A DNA stretch of 24,000 nt from Rhodoferax sp. (GTDB lineage Bacteria > Pseudomonadota > Gammaproteobacteria > Burkholderiales > Burkholderiaceae_C): positions 10,202 to 34,201 of the forward strand of contig JAUXOA010000101.1 of the NCBI GenBank assembly GCA_030682475.1, written 5' to 3'. A program made the translations under genes and the position numbers. The notes below the pieces were generated by a model, which saw only the letters and a program-made list of their open reading frames with translations, was not told the DNA's origin and ran no database searches. Shown here piece by piece: positions 1-8,854 of this stretch (positions within the stretch are counted from its first letter, which is position 1; each line of letters opens with the position of its first letter).

Positions 1-720
1 CTCAAACGCGCACTCGTCACCGGCGGCAGCGGCGGCATCGGCTCGGCCATCAGCCGGCGCCTGGCAGCCGACGGCTTTAGCGTCATCATTCATGCCAACA
101 GCCATCTGGCCACCGCGCAGGCCCTGGCGGCCAGTATCGTGAATGAGGGCGGTCAGGCGCAGGCGGTGGCTTTTGATGTGACCGATGCGTCCGCCACAGC
201 GGCCGCGCTGCAAGCTTTGCTGGAGCAGGGCCCGATTCAGGTACTGGTCAACAACGCCGGCATCCACGACGACGCCGTGTTCCCCGGCATGCAACTGGCC
301 CAATGGCAGCGCGTGCTCGACGTGTCGCTCAATGGATTTTTTCACGTCACCCAGCCTTTGATGATGCCGATGATACGCACCCGCTGGGGCCGCATCATCA
401 GCATCACCTCGGTCGCCGCCGTGGCCGGCAACCGGGGGCAAGTCAACTATTCGGCGGCCAAGGGTGCGCTGCATGCCGCCACCAAATCGCTGGCCCTTGA
501 AGTGGCCAGCCGCGGCATCACCGTCAACGCCGTGGCGCCGGGCATCATTGACACGGCCATGAGCCAAGGCAGCTTCAGCGCCGACGACATCGCCCGCATG
601 GTGCCCATGAAACGGGCCGGCCGGGCCGATGAAGTGGCCGATCTCGTCGGTTTTCTGGCCTCCGAGCGGGCGGCTTACATCAGCGGGCAAATAATTTCCA
701 TCAACGGCGGGATGATCTAA
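1..720 (+). CDS. Short-chain dehydrogenase/reductase, 3-oxoacyl-ACP reductase (FabG)-like; N-terminus outside window
   Basis: Frame 1 is open from base 1 (LKRALVTGGSGGIGSAI, a TGxxxGxG Rossmann motif) and runs into the listed ORF 139..720. NNAG, the catalytic YSAAK (YxxxK) and PG motifs are present. Stop TAA at 718-720. Confidence 0.85.
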   Translation, partial: LKRALVTGGSGGIGSAISRRLAADGFSVIIHANSHLATAQALAASIVNEGGQAQAVAFDVTDASATAAALQALLEQGPIQVLVNNAGIHDDAVFPGMQLAQWQRVLDVSLNGFFHVTQPLMMPMIRTRWGRIISITSVAAVAGNRGQVNYSAAKGALHAATKSLALEVASRGITVNAVAPGIIDTAMSQGSFSADDIARMVPMKRAGRADEVADLVGFLASERAAYISGQIISINGGMI

Positions 721-772
721 ATTCGGCCTGTTTGTAGAAACGCCCCAGAACCCGAATAGGGCGCATGGATGC

Positions 773-848
773 TGGTGGACCGAAGGAGAGTCGAACTCCC
801 GACCTCTGCATTGCGAACGCAGCGCTCTCCCAACTGAGCTATCGGCCC
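773..848 (-). tRNA. tRNA-Ala (anticodon CGC)
   Basis: The reverse complement reads GGGCCGATAGCTCAGTTGGGAGAGCGCTGCGTTCGCAATGCAGAGGTCGGGAGTTCGACTCTCCTTCGGTCCACCA. It has a 7-bp acceptor stem with the G3:U70 Ala identity pair, a GCTC/GAGC D-stem, anticodon loop TTCGCAA (anticodon CGC), a GGGAG/CTCCT T-stem with a TTCGACT loop, and an encoded CCA. Length 76 nt. Confidence 0.93.
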
Positions 849-894
849 GACGAACAATCATTCTGCGGCACGAAGCTTACCTGATTTTGGTTTT

Positions 895-1401
895 TCAAGT
901 CCTCTCTGGGGCCTGTCGAATCCGGCTCACCAGTGCGCTGGTGGAATAGCCCTGCACAAACGGCAACGCCAGCGCCCGGCCACCATAGGACTCGACCACG
1001 CGCGTCTCGGCCAGCTTGGCCATGTCGTAGTCGCCGCCCTTGACCAGGATGTCGGGTTTGATTTGCGCAATCAGGGCCAAGGGTGTGTCTTCGTCAAACC
1101 AGGTCACCAGGCTGGTGCAGGCCAGGGCGGCCATGACAAAAGCCCGGTCGGCTTGCGTGTTGAGGGGGCGGTCCGGGCCCTTGCCCAGGCGCCGGGCCGA
1201 CGCATCGGTGTTCAGCGCCACCAGCAAACTGGCGCCCAGCGCACGCGCCTGGGTCAGGTAGATCACGTGACCGCGGTGCAGCACATCAAACACCCCATTG
1301 GTAAACACCAGGGGCCGCGGCAGCTCGGCAATTCGGGCCGCCACACTGTCACGAGCACAAATTTTGTCTGAAAGGGCAGCCATAGCGGGTAAGTCGGTCA
1401 T
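895..1401 (-). CDS. rfaE2: D-glycero-beta-D-manno-heptose 1-phosphate adenylyltransferase (stand-alone RfaE domain II / HldC, cytidylyltransferase fold)
   Basis: 168-aa ORF with the nucleotidyltransferase signature FTNGVFDVLHRGHVxYL, then ALNTDAS and KGGDY segments typical of HldE domain II. Confidence 0.8.
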   Translation of the reverse strand: MTDLPAMAALSDKICARDSVAARIAELPRPLVFTNGVFDVLHRGHVIYLTQARALGASLLVALNTDASARRLGKGPDRPLNTQADRAFVMAALACTSLVTWFDEDTPLALIAQIKPDILVKGGDYDMAKLAETRVVESYGGRALALPFVQGYSTSALVSRIRQAPERT

Positions 1402-1461
1402 GGCACGGGGAGTGTTGAAATAGCCCGCCTCAGACCGTCTTTGGCAGGGCCGGCGTGCCGC

Positions 1462-2076
1462 TCAAGCCGGTTGGGTATCCGCAAAGCTGGGACGCTGCAT
1501 CAGCTTGTCGTGCAGCCGGGCCAAGTTGGGGTAGTCAGTGCGCCAGTCAATCTCCGGAAAACGGAAGTCCAGATAGCCCAGGGCGCAGCCCACGGCGATG
1601 TCGGCCAGGCTGAGATAAATGCCGGCGCAAAAAGGTTTTTCGCTCAAGCCCTGGCTCATGGCCTTCAAGGACGCATGGACCTTGCCCAACTGACGGTCGA
1701 TCCAGGCCTGGCTGCGTTGCACGTCGGTGCGCCCGCCCCAGGAGGCTTCCAGCCGCGCCAGGATGGAAGCCTCCAGCAGACCATCGGCCAGGGCTTCCCA
1801 GGTCTTGACCTCGGCCCGCTCACGGCCCACCGACGGAATCAGTTTGCCGACCGGCGACAGGGTGTCCAGGTATTCGACAATCACGCGCGAATCAAACAGG
1901 GCTTCGCCCCCTTCCATGATCAGACAGGGTACTTTGCCCAGGGGGTTGGCTTCAGCAATTGTGGTCTGCGCCGCCCAGACATCCTCGGTCACAAAGTCAC
2001 AGTCAAGTTTTTTCTCGGCCATGACGACGCGCACTTTACGTACATAAGGGCTGGCGTTTGATCCGAGTAATTTCAT
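1462..2076 (-). CDS. Glutathione S-transferase family protein (YibF-like)
   Basis: 204-aa ORF. The N-terminus MKLLGSNASPYVRKVRVVMAEKKL resembles the thioredoxin-like GST N-domain of YibF-type GSTs, with the conserved VPCL and an alpha-helical C-domain. Overlapping + strand ORFs are antisense artefacts. Confidence 0.78.
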   Translation of the reverse strand: MKLLGSNASPYVRKVRVVMAEKKLDCDFVTEDVWAAQTTIAEANPLGKVPCLIMEGGEALFDSRVIVEYLDTLSPVGKLIPSVGRERAEVKTWEALADGLLEASILARLEASWGGRTDVQRSQAWIDRQLGKVHASLKAMSQGLSEKPFCAGIYLSLADIAVGCALGYLDFRFPEIDWRTDYPNLARLHDKLMQRPSFADTQPA

Positions 2077-2172
2077 GGGTAATTTACGATTGCAGAAACT
2101 TTGATTCTATCCATTGGAATTTTCCAGAACACCCCGCCCGGCAAAGGGTGGCGCGCAACCTACAATCGGCGT

Positions 2173-3552
2173 ATGACTTTTTCCGCAATTTCAGCCCTCT
2201 CCCCGCTCGACGGCCGCTATGCTGCCAAGCTTGCGAACCTCCGTCCCGTGATGAGCGAACAGGGCTATATGCAGCGCCGCGTCCAAGTGGAGGTGGCTTG
2301 GTTCATTGCCTTGAGTGATGCAGGGTTTACCGAATTCAAGCCATTGACCACCGGAGCACGTGCTTACTTGCTGGGCCTGGTCAAGCATTTCTCCGAAGCT
2401 GACGCAGTGGCCATCAAAGCCATCGAGAAGATCATCAACCATGATGTGAAGGCGGTCGAGTACTGGATCAAGTCGAAGTTTGAAGCGCGGCCCGAATTGG
2501 TTGCCGCTGGCGAATTTGTGCACTTTGCCTGCACCAGTGAAGACATCAACAACACCAGCCATGCGCTGCAACTGCGCTCGGCGCGTGACGTGGTGCTGCT
2601 GCCGACGCTGGACCGCCTGCTGCTCAAGCTGCGCGCGATGGCCCACGCCTATGCCGATGTGCCGATGCTCAGCCGCACCCACGGCCAGACCGCCAGCCCG
2701 ACGACAGTGGGCAAGGAAATCGCCAACGTGGTGGTGCGCCTGCAAGCGGCCTGCGACAAAATTGCAGCGGTCAAAATCATGGCCAAGATGAATGGCGCGG
2801 TGGGCAACTACAACGCCCACTTGTCGGCCTGGCCTGACTTCGACTGGGAGGCCTTCAGCCGCAAAGTGGTGGAAACGCCAGAGCCCCTGGGTTTAGGGCT
2901 GACGTTCCAGCCCTACAGCATCCAGATTGAGCCGCACGACTACATGGCCGAACTGTTTGACGCCGTGGCACGCACCAACACCATCCTGATCGACTGGTCA
3001 CGCGACGTCTGGGGCTATGTGAGCCTGGGTTATTTCAAGCAGCAACTGCGGGACGGAGAAGTGGGTTCTTCCACCATGCCGCACAAGGTCAATCCGATTG
3101 ATTTCGAGAACGCCGAGGGCAACCTGGGCCTGGCCAATGCAATGCTGCGGCACCTGAGCGAAAAGCTGCCCATCAGCCGCTGGCAGCGCGACCTGAGCGA
3201 CTCCACCGTGCTGCGCAACATGGGTGTGGCGCTGGGCTACGCGGTATTGGCCTACCAGTCCCTGGGTACCGGCCTGGGCAAGCTGGAGATCAACGAGACG
3301 GCGATTGCGGCCGACCTGGATGCGTCATGGGAAGTGCTGGCCGAGCCAATCCAGACCGTGATGCGCCGCTTTGGCCTGCCCCAACCCTATGAGCAGCTCA
3401 AAGCCTTCACCCGGGGTGAACCCATGACGCGCGAACTGATGCAGGGCTTTATTGCCCGGCTGGCCATCCCGGAAGAAGAAAAAACCCGACTGCTGGCCAT
3501 GACGCCGGGCAGCTACACCGGCATGGCGGCAGAGCTGGCGCGCCGCGTCTGA
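2173..3552 (+). CDS. purB: Adenylosuccinate lyase
   Basis: The protein from the ATG at 2173 starts MTFSAISALSPLDGRYAAK, the canonical PurB N-terminus. It contains HFACTSEDINN, SRTHGQxASPTT and the fumarate-lyase signature GSSTMPHKVNP. The listed ORF start at 2101 is an upstream extension. Confidence 0.93.
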   Translation: MTFSAISALSPLDGRYAAKLANLRPVMSEQGYMQRRVQVEVAWFIALSDAGFTEFKPLTTGARAYLLGLVKHFSEADAVAIKAIEKIINHDVKAVEYWIKSKFEARPELVAAGEFVHFACTSEDINNTSHALQLRSARDVVLLPTLDRLLLKLRAMAHAYADVPMLSRTHGQTASPTTVGKEIANVVVRLQAACDKIAAVKIMAKMNGAVGNYNAHLSAWPDFDWEAFSRKVVETPEPLGLGLTFQPYSIQIEPHDYMAELFDAVARTNTILIDWSRDVWGYVSLGYFKQQLRDGEVGSSTMPHKVNPIDFENAEGNLGLANAMLRHLSEKLPISRWQRDLSDSTVLRNMGVALGYAVLAYQSLGTGLGKLEINETAIAADLDASWEVLAEPIQTVMRRFGLPQPYEQLKAFTRGEPMTRELMQGFIARLAIPEEEKTRLLAMTPGSYTGMAAELARRV

Positions 3553-3554
3553 CC

Positions 3555-4115
3555 ATGGCCCTCAAATCCACCATCTTCAAAGCCAGTTTGCAAATCGCCG
3601 ACATTGACCATGCTTATTACGCCGACCACACGCTGACGCTGGCGCGCCACCCGAGCGAAACCGATGAGCGCATGATGGTGCGACTGGCAGCACTCGCGCT
3701 ACAGGCGCACAAGCTGCAAACCGTGTGCGGCGGCGACGCCACGCTGGCCTTTGGCGCGGGCTTGAGCGACCCGGATGAGCCCGACGCCTGGCTGCGCGAC
3801 TTCACCGGGCTGACCCGGCTCTGGATCGAAGTCGGCCAGCCCGAAGACAAGCCGCTGCTCAAAGCCTGCGGCAAGGCCGATGAGGTGGTGCTGTACTGCT
3901 TCAACCACGCGGCCGAAGTGTGGTGGCGCGGCATGGAAGCGAAGCTCGCGCGCCCGCCGAACCTGAATGTGTTCCGGGTGCCAACGAGCGCCTCGCAAGC
4001 GCTCATTCCGATGGCCCGGCGCAGCATGCAATTGCAGGCCACGATTCAGGAAGGGGTGTTGATGCTGGGTGACGGCACGCACAATGTAGACATTGAGCTG
4101 CTGCGCTGGAAATAG
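3555..4115 (+). CDS. yaeQ: YaeQ family protein
   Basis: 186 aa. MALKSTIFKASLQIADIDHAYYADHTLTLARHPSETDERMMVRL closely parallels the E. coli YaeQ N-terminus as I recall it. It starts 3 nt after the purB stop. Confidence 0.8.
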   Translation: MALKSTIFKASLQIADIDHAYYADHTLTLARHPSETDERMMVRLAALALQAHKLQTVCGGDATLAFGAGLSDPDEPDAWLRDFTGLTRLWIEVGQPEDKPLLKACGKADEVVLYCFNHAAEVWWRGMEAKLARPPNLNVFRVPTSASQALIPMARRSMQLQATIQEGVLMLGDGTHNVDIELLRWK

Positions 4116-4117
4116 TC

Positions 4118-4188
4118 CCGTCGACACCCTGTTGGGGTTGTCATCCCGGACTCGATCCGGGATCTATAGATCCCGGCTTTCGCCGGGA
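4118..4188. repeat. REP-like compound palindrome, copy A
   Basis: CCGTCGAC...TTGGGGTTGTCA, then TCCCGGA-ctcga-TCCGGGA (4144-4162), the 16-bp perfect palindrome GGGATCTATAGATCCC (4159-4174), and TCCCGGC-tttc-GCCGGGA (4171-4188). The core TTGGGGT(T)GTCATCCCGGACTCGATCC recurs at 6664-6689. Confidence 0.7.
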
Positions 4189-4620
4189 TGGCAGAGGCGC
4201 GCTGTCGCCTTCAGCCGCCCGCTCGGCATATTTGTTGAAGCGCCAGGACGTGCCCCTCATCGTGATGCGCCGCCAGGTCTGGCGTTTTTCAACCGGGCGC
4301 ATGTCGGTCCAGTGCTGCACTTCAGCAAAACTGCGGCCACAGCCTTTACATTCCTCGTCACCCTGGCTGGTGGAACAGATCGCAATGCAGGGCGTGTCCG
4401 GTGTGCTGTCGTACCAGGCCATCCAGGCGGCCAGGGCCTCGGGCGGGAACGAGCATTCGTCGGCTTGCACCTCATGGTAATAAACCATCAGGGCGTAAAC
4501 CTCAGCCAGGGCGCGGGTTTCGGGTGCCAGCGAAAAACCATCGGGCGAAGGTTTTTTGTCACGCCAGTAGTTGATGGCCGACTCGATGTCGGTGATGTGA
4601 ATGTTTGCCAAATATGTCAC
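4141..4620 (-). CDS. DUF3717-like N-terminal domain fused to a DUF1289 (YdhL-like Cys-rich) domain
   Basis: 159 aa. The N-terminus has IHITDIESAINYWR (DUF3717-type motif as I recall it). The centre has PCIAICSTSQGDEECKGCGRSFAEVQHW (CxxxC...CxGCxR...W, the DUF1289 pattern). The last ~17 codons and the stop lie inside repeat copy A. Confidence 0.6.
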   Translation of the reverse strand: MTYLANIHITDIESAINYWRDKKPSPDGFSLAPETRALAEVYALMVYYHEVQADECSFPPEALAAWMAWYDSTPDTPCIAICSTSQGDEECKGCGRSFAEVQHWTDMRPVEKRQTWRRITMRGTSWRFNKYAERAAEGDSAPLPSRRKPGSIDPGSSPG

Positions 4621-4693
4621 CCAATGTCCGCTGACAGTATCGCCGGGAAACCAATTACCATGCCGAGTCGGGACAAGCTGCTATTCTTGCGCC

Positions 4694-5044
4694 ATGAAAC
4701 TCATTGTCAAATGGCTGCTGAGTGCCGCCGCCCTGCTGGCCGTGGCCTACCTTTACAGTGGTGTGCAGGTGACCAGCTTCACCGCAGCACTGATTGCGGC
4801 CTTTGTCATCGGCCTGTTCAACATGATCTTGCGACCGGTGCTGGTGCTGCTGACGCTGCCGGTCACCATGATTACGCTGGGTCTCTTCCTGTTTGTCATC
4901 AACGCCCTGATGTTCTGGGCAGCGGCGAGTGTGCTGGACGGGTTTCATGTGCGCGGCTTTGGCGCGGCACTGCTGGGCTCCCTGATTTACTCGGTGTTTG
5001 GCATCGTCATCGATTCAGCGATCGAGCGACTGTTCTCTAAGTAA
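4694..5044 (+). CDS. Phage holin family (Phage_holin_4_2 / DUF360-type) small membrane protein
   Basis: 116 aa from the ATG at 4694 (MKLIVKWLLSAAALLAVAY...), with 3-4 hydrophobic helices and the LRPVLVLLTLPVTMITLGLFLFVINALMF core typical of this family. The listed start at 4601 adds a non-hydrophobic leader. Confidence 0.72.
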   Translation: MKLIVKWLLSAAALLAVAYLYSGVQVTSFTAALIAAFVIGLFNMILRPVLVLLTLPVTMITLGLFLFVINALMFWAAASVLDGFHVRGFGAALLGSLIYSVFGIVIDSAIERLFSK

Positions 5045-6664
5045 TAGCTCCACCTGGCGACGCCGGGTGTCGATGATGGACGCCTCGATGTGGTCCGCAG
5101 CTACCGTGCCCACACGTCCCTGGCGCAAAAGTTCCTGGGCCGCCTTGAGGCGATTCAGCGCCGCAGCGTAGTCCAGCCGTGCCACTTGTGTTTCGGCGTC
5201 GGCGCGTATGGCACGCAGGGTCTGACCTTGCGCCGCATACGCACTGGACAGCAGTTGCCAGGCCTGGGCATCACGCGGATGCGCGGCGACCCAGTCTTGC
5301 AGGCGCGGCGCGGCTTCTCCGGCCGCTGCGCCCTGGCCCGTTTGCGTGGCGACCTGTGCCCCCAACAACAACTCGGGACGACGCACCAGCGAAGCATCCA
5401 CGCCGACATCACTTCGCCCCGCCGGGTTCGTATTCAACGCCGCCGCTGCGCGCTGCGCATCGCCCGCAGCCAACGCTATTTCAGCCACCAGCAAACGGGA
5501 TAAACGCGCCGCGCGCGCGTCAGAGCGCACCAGTACGATCAAGCGCTCCAGGTAGGCTTTCGCATTGGCAAAATCACGCAGTCGGCTGGCGGCCAAGGCG
5601 GCGCCATACAACACCGCCGCCTGCCGGGGCGCAGCCAATGTGGCCAGATTGCCGCCACCCGCCTCCACCAGCAAAGCCCGCAGAGCATCCACGCCCGGGT
5701 TGGAGAGCACGCGGGCGCGGGCAGACACCATGGCATGTTCAACCGTGGGGGCCGCGTTGACCGGGCCTGGCGTGGCCAGTGACTGGCGCGACTGCATATC
5801 AGCAATCCGCTCGGTGGTGAGCGGGTGGCTGCGCAGATAGGGGTAGGCGCCGTTGTCATTGAACCTGGAGGCCTGCTGCAGCTTGTCAAACATCGACACA
5901 AAACCCTGCGCGTCAAAACCGGCCTGGGTCATGACAGCAAAACCCACGCGGTCGGCTTCGCGCTCCATGTCACGGGAAAAATTGAGCTGATTCTGGGCCG
6001 TGATGGCCTGCCCGCCCACGATCAGGGCGTTAGCTGCATCGACATTCTTGCTGGCGGCCAGCGCACCCAGAATCATGGCACCGATCAACCAGGGCGCTTG
6101 TTGACCCTGTTTGGCAATAAGACGCGAAATATGCCGTTGCGTGACATGGCTGAGCTCATGCCCCAGCACCGAGGCCAGTTCGTCCCGGTTGCTGACGATG
6201 GCGATCAGGCCCAGATGGACGCCAAGGTAACCGCCCGGCAGGGCAAAGGCGTTCACGGTGCGGTCACGCCCGAGCATGATCTCCCAGGCAAAACGCTCAT
6301 CGAGCTCAGGTGACAAATCACCCCGCACGCGTGCGGCCGCCAGCAAGGGCTGCCAGATGCCTTGCACATATTCAACCAGCACCGGATCGTCAATATAGTC
6401 CGGGTCACGGTAGATTTCGTGGGCAATGCGATCCCCCAGGCGCCGCTCAGCGCTGCTGCCCATATCGCTGCCGTCGCCCAGCGTGGGCAACTGCGTGGCT
6501 GGCGGCTTGCTTGGGGGAGCGCTGGATTGGGCCTGTAACGGGATCGGACTGGTCACGCCAAGAGCTACTAAAATAATAGCTAATACCACCTTATTGACAG
6601 GGGCTATGGTCCGATTTGATTTAAAAATAGTGCTCAAAATGAATACCGTCGACGTTAATTCCAT
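5015..6664 (-). CDS. M48 family zinc metalloprotease with C-terminal TPR-like region (BepA/YfgC-like)
   Basis: HELSHVTQRH zinc motif (HExxH), a downstream EREADRVG motif, and an Ala/Leu-rich helical-repeat C-terminus. The start is set at the ATG at 6664 (MELTSTVFILSTIFKSNRTIAPVNKVVLAIILVALGVTSPIPLQAQS, signal-peptide-like). The listed start at 7003 would run antisense through moaC. The start is uncertain; the GTG at ~6589 (VVLAIIL) is an alternative. Confidence 0.82.
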   Translation of the reverse strand: MELTSTVFILSTIFKSNRTIAPVNKVVLAIILVALGVTSPIPLQAQSSAPPSKPPATQLPTLGDGSDMGSSAERRLGDRIAHEIYRDPDYIDDPVLVEYVQGIWQPLLAAARVRGDLSPELDERFAWEIMLGRDRTVNAFALPGGYLGVHLGLIAIVSNRDELASVLGHELSHVTQRHISRLIAKQGQQAPWLIGAMILGALAASKNVDAANALIVGGQAITAQNQLNFSRDMEREADRVGFAVMTQAGFDAQGFVSMFDKLQQASRFNDNGAYPYLRSHPLTTERIADMQSRQSLATPGPVNAAPTVEHAMVSARARVLSNPGVDALRALLVEAGGGNLATLAAPRQAAVLYGAALAASRLRDFANAKAYLERLIVLVRSDARAARLSRLLVAEIALAAGDAQRAAAALNTNPAGRSDVGVDASLVRRPELLLGAQVATQTGQGAAAGEAAPRLQDWVAAHPRDAQAWQLLSSAYAAQGQTLRAIRADAETQVARLDYAAALNRLKAAQELLRQGRVGTVAADHIEASIIDTRRRQVELLLREQSLDR

Positions 6665-6703
6665 TGGGGTGTCATCCCGGACTCGATCCCGGCCGTCGCC
6701 GGG
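6646..6703. repeat. REP-like compound palindrome, copy B (15-nt shorter variant)
   Basis: CCGTCGAC (6646-6653), then TTGGGGTGTCATCCCGGACTCGATCC (6664-6689), then CCCGGC-cgtc-GCCGGG (6688-6703). It equals copy A minus the central GGGATCTATAGATCC segment. It overlaps the first codon of, and the sequence just upstream of, the M48 protease gene. Confidence 0.65.
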
Positions 6704-6803
6704 CGTACATCCAATACGACACCATCGTATGATGCGCGGCTGATCTGAACGTTCTGTAAATTTGGCACCGGCCAACGATTTTTCAACTGTAACGAATTTT
6801 CCA

Positions 6804-7292
6804 ATGAGCTCCCTCACCCATTTTGACGCCCAGGGCCAGGCCCACATGGTGGACGTGGCGGCCAAGGCCAGCACGCACCGCATTGGCGTGGCTGGCGGCC
6901 GCATTGAAATGCAGCCCGCCACGCTGGCCATCATCGAAGCCGGTAGCGTCAAAAAAGGCGATGTGCTGGGCATTGCCCGCATCGCCGGCATCATGGCGGC
7001 CAAGAAAACCAGCGACCTGATTCCCTTGTGTCACCCGCTCGCGCTGACCCGTGTTGCTGTTGATTTTGTAACTACTCACGCAAACGCTACAGGGGCTGGC
7101 AGCATATTTTGCACTGCAACGGTCGAAACTGTCGGCCCCACTGGTGTCGAGATGGAAGCACTGACCGCGGTGCAGGTAGCGCTGCTCACCATTTATGACA
7201 TGTGCAAGGCGGTGGATCGGGGCATGATCATCACTGGCGTCAAGTTGCTGGAAAAGCATGGCGGCAAATCGGGCAGTTTTGTGGCCCGGTAA
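6804..7292 (+). CDS. moaC: Cyclic pyranopterin monophosphate synthase MoaC
   Basis: 162 aa from the ATG at 6804 ([18 protein letters not shown]...). It contains [28 protein letters not shown] and [26 protein letters not shown], diagnostic MoaC blocks. Confidence 0.92.
   Translation: MSSLTHFDAQGQAHMVDVAAKASTHRIGVAGGRIEMQPATLAIIEAGSVKKGDVLGIARIAGIMAAKKTSDLIPLCHPLALTRVAVDFVTTHANATGAGSIFCTATVETVGPTGVEMEALTAVQVALLTIYDMCKAVDRGMIITGVKLLEKHGGKSGSFVAR
7099..7292 (+). repeat. Direct repeat copy 1 (3' end of the intact moaC)
   Basis: 194 bp, collinear with 9597-9790 at a constant offset of 2498 bp with no indels. I counted 7 mismatches. Confidence 0.9.
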
Positions 7293-7315
7293 GCGCCCCC
7301 AACATCACGTCTTTT

Positions 7316-8854
7316 TCACATTTTTCTTTGCGCGTTTTTATTTGCCCAGCGCGCATGACTCTCGGGAAATGCCGCCCGGTAGCGCATCAGATAGAACAGC
7401 GCCTCGTCCTCAAATCCGAGCAACACGGCGCTCTCGATCAGTTTTTCGATCACGCGCGGTTCCGGTGAAAAGTGCAGCATGGCCGTGGCCAGGCCCCTGA
7501 TATGGGCCGCATTGTCAGTCGTCAACCGCGTGGTGCTGAGCTCGGCAAAGCGCACCTGATTCTGAAACAGCCACGAGTCGCTAACCTTCTCCAAAGTATT
7601 GTCGCGATAAGCCTCTGAACGCATTTTGGGAATCAGGTAGAGCTGGCTGATGCGGTGGTAGTCCCAGGCGACGTAGGCGACAATTGCTATTAACAGCATA
7701 GCTACTCCAGAAAGAATGACAGGCGCTGAAGGTCGATTTCCCTGCCTATTCAAAGCTGGCGTCGGCACCGTAACGCCCGAGCGTGTCGCCCACAACAAAC
7801 CGATACACAGACCCAAGGCCATCTGGAACGGCCCGTACCATAACGGGTATTCCAGCATGCTGTGCAGCGCAATGACAGCCAACACCACCCACGCCATCTG
7901 GCGACTTGCGCCCGCCTCACGCCAGGGCTTGGTCCGCCACACCAGCCACAGCCCGCCGCCGCAAACAGCCAAGGCCACCGGCACGCCCAACTCCACCGCC
8001 AAATGCAGCGGCAGGTTATGTGCATTGTCCAGAATTTCGCAAAAACGTGGGCCGGGGTACAGCGTGATGAAATGGACGTAATCCAGCTCGCCCCAGCCCC
8101 AGCCAAGCCAGGGCTTCTGGGCGATCAGGTGCAGTACGTTAGCCCACAAGGTCAGGCGACTGGCGCACGCCGGGCCGGCATCATGCAATCGCGCCAAAAT
8201 GCCCGTGACATTGGGGTCAAGACCCGCCAAAACTGGCAAGGCGAATGCAGCGATACAGTAAGCCAGCGCCGTCGCCATAAGAACTCGCCGCATAGCAGGC
8301 TGGCGCCAGCCCCACATCAAGGCCATGGCCATCAAGATCACCAGTTGCACCAGCCCGGTTCGCGAAGACGCCGCCGCATTACCCATTGCCAAGACAACCG
8401 CCGCCGCCACAGGAACCGCAGCCAGGCAGTTCAGCGGATATGAACGCGATGTGTCACCAGGCAAAGCGGACTTGGATGGGTTCTGCGCAACCCACCACAG
8501 CAAGGCCGCCAGGCCGATATTGGTCAGCGTTGCAAACTGGTTGCGTTGACGCAGGTTGGCGAAGGCCTCGCCCACAGCGCTGCTGTTGACCCAGGGCCCC
8601 AACACGGCAGTCGCTCCAGAATACTGCAACAAGCCCAGCAGTGAACTGAGCAACGCGGCGACCAGCCAGGCCGATGCCATGGCGCGCACCAGGCGCCCTG
8701 CCAAAAACCGGCTTGACTCACCACGGCACGTCCCCAGCAAAGCTGCAGCGCAAGCCCACGAGAACAACAAGGGCACGACAGCAGGCGTTGGCCCCGGGGA
8801 AAACGGATTAAGCCAGGGCAGTGTTATGAAAAAGAAGGCGGCAATGGACAGCAT
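7316..8854 (-). CDS. PglL/O-antigen-ligase family O-oligosaccharyltransferase (Wzy_C core plus C-terminal Wzy_C_2-type domain)
   Basis: Polytopic membrane protein. The N-terminus MLSIAAFFFITLPWLNPFSPGPTP is the PglL-type motif. It has the ligase motif ILDNAHNLPLHLAVELG and a soluble C-terminus (...LFQNQVRFAELST...PEPRVIEKLIESAVLLG...). The start is set at the ATG at 8854; the listed start at 8944 adds 30 aa of low-complexity sequence. Confidence 0.72.
   Translation of the reverse strand: MLSIAAFFFITLPWLNPFSPGPTPAVVPLLFSWACAAALLGTCRGESSRFLAGRLVRAMASAWLVAALLSSLLGLLQYSGATAVLGPWVNSSAVGEAFANLRQRNQFATLTNIGLAALLWWVAQNPSKSALPGDTSRSYPLNCLAAVPVAAAVVLAMGNAAASSRTGLVQLVILMAMALMWGWRQPAMRRVLMATALAYCIAAFALPVLAGLDPNVTGILARLHDAGPACASRLTLWANVLHLIAQKPWLGWGWGELDYVHFITLYPGPRFCEILDNAHNLPLHLAVELGVPVALAVCGGGLWLVWRTKPWREAGASRQMAWVVLAVIALHSMLEYPLWYGPFQMALGLCIGLLWATRSGVTVPTPALNRQGNRPSAPVILSGVAMLLIAIVAYVAWDYHRISQLYLIPKMRSEAYRDNTLEKVSDSWLFQNQVRFAELSTTRLTTDNAAHIRGLATAMLHFSPEPRVIEKLIESAVLLGFEDEALFYLMRYRAAFPESHARWANKNAQRKM

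Noticed and set aside
5015-5044. A 30-bp convergent overlap between the holin-family gene and the M48 protease gene.
   Set aside because: Short convergent 3' overlaps are common in compact high-GC genomes. Both stops are unambiguous, and nothing suggests a special mechanism.
6763-6778. TGGCAC upstream of moaC, considered as a sigma-54 -24 element.
   Set aside because: The -12 position reads AACG rather than TTGC at the required spacing, so the bipartite consensus is not met.
6665-7003. An N-terminal extension of the M48 protease ORF to 7003, and similarly the TTG at 6762 for moaC, 2101 for purB, 4601 for the holin-family gene and 8944 for PglL.
   Set aside because: The extensions overlap neighbouring genes or add non-homologous low-complexity residues. 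Internal ATGs reproduce the canonical N-termini.
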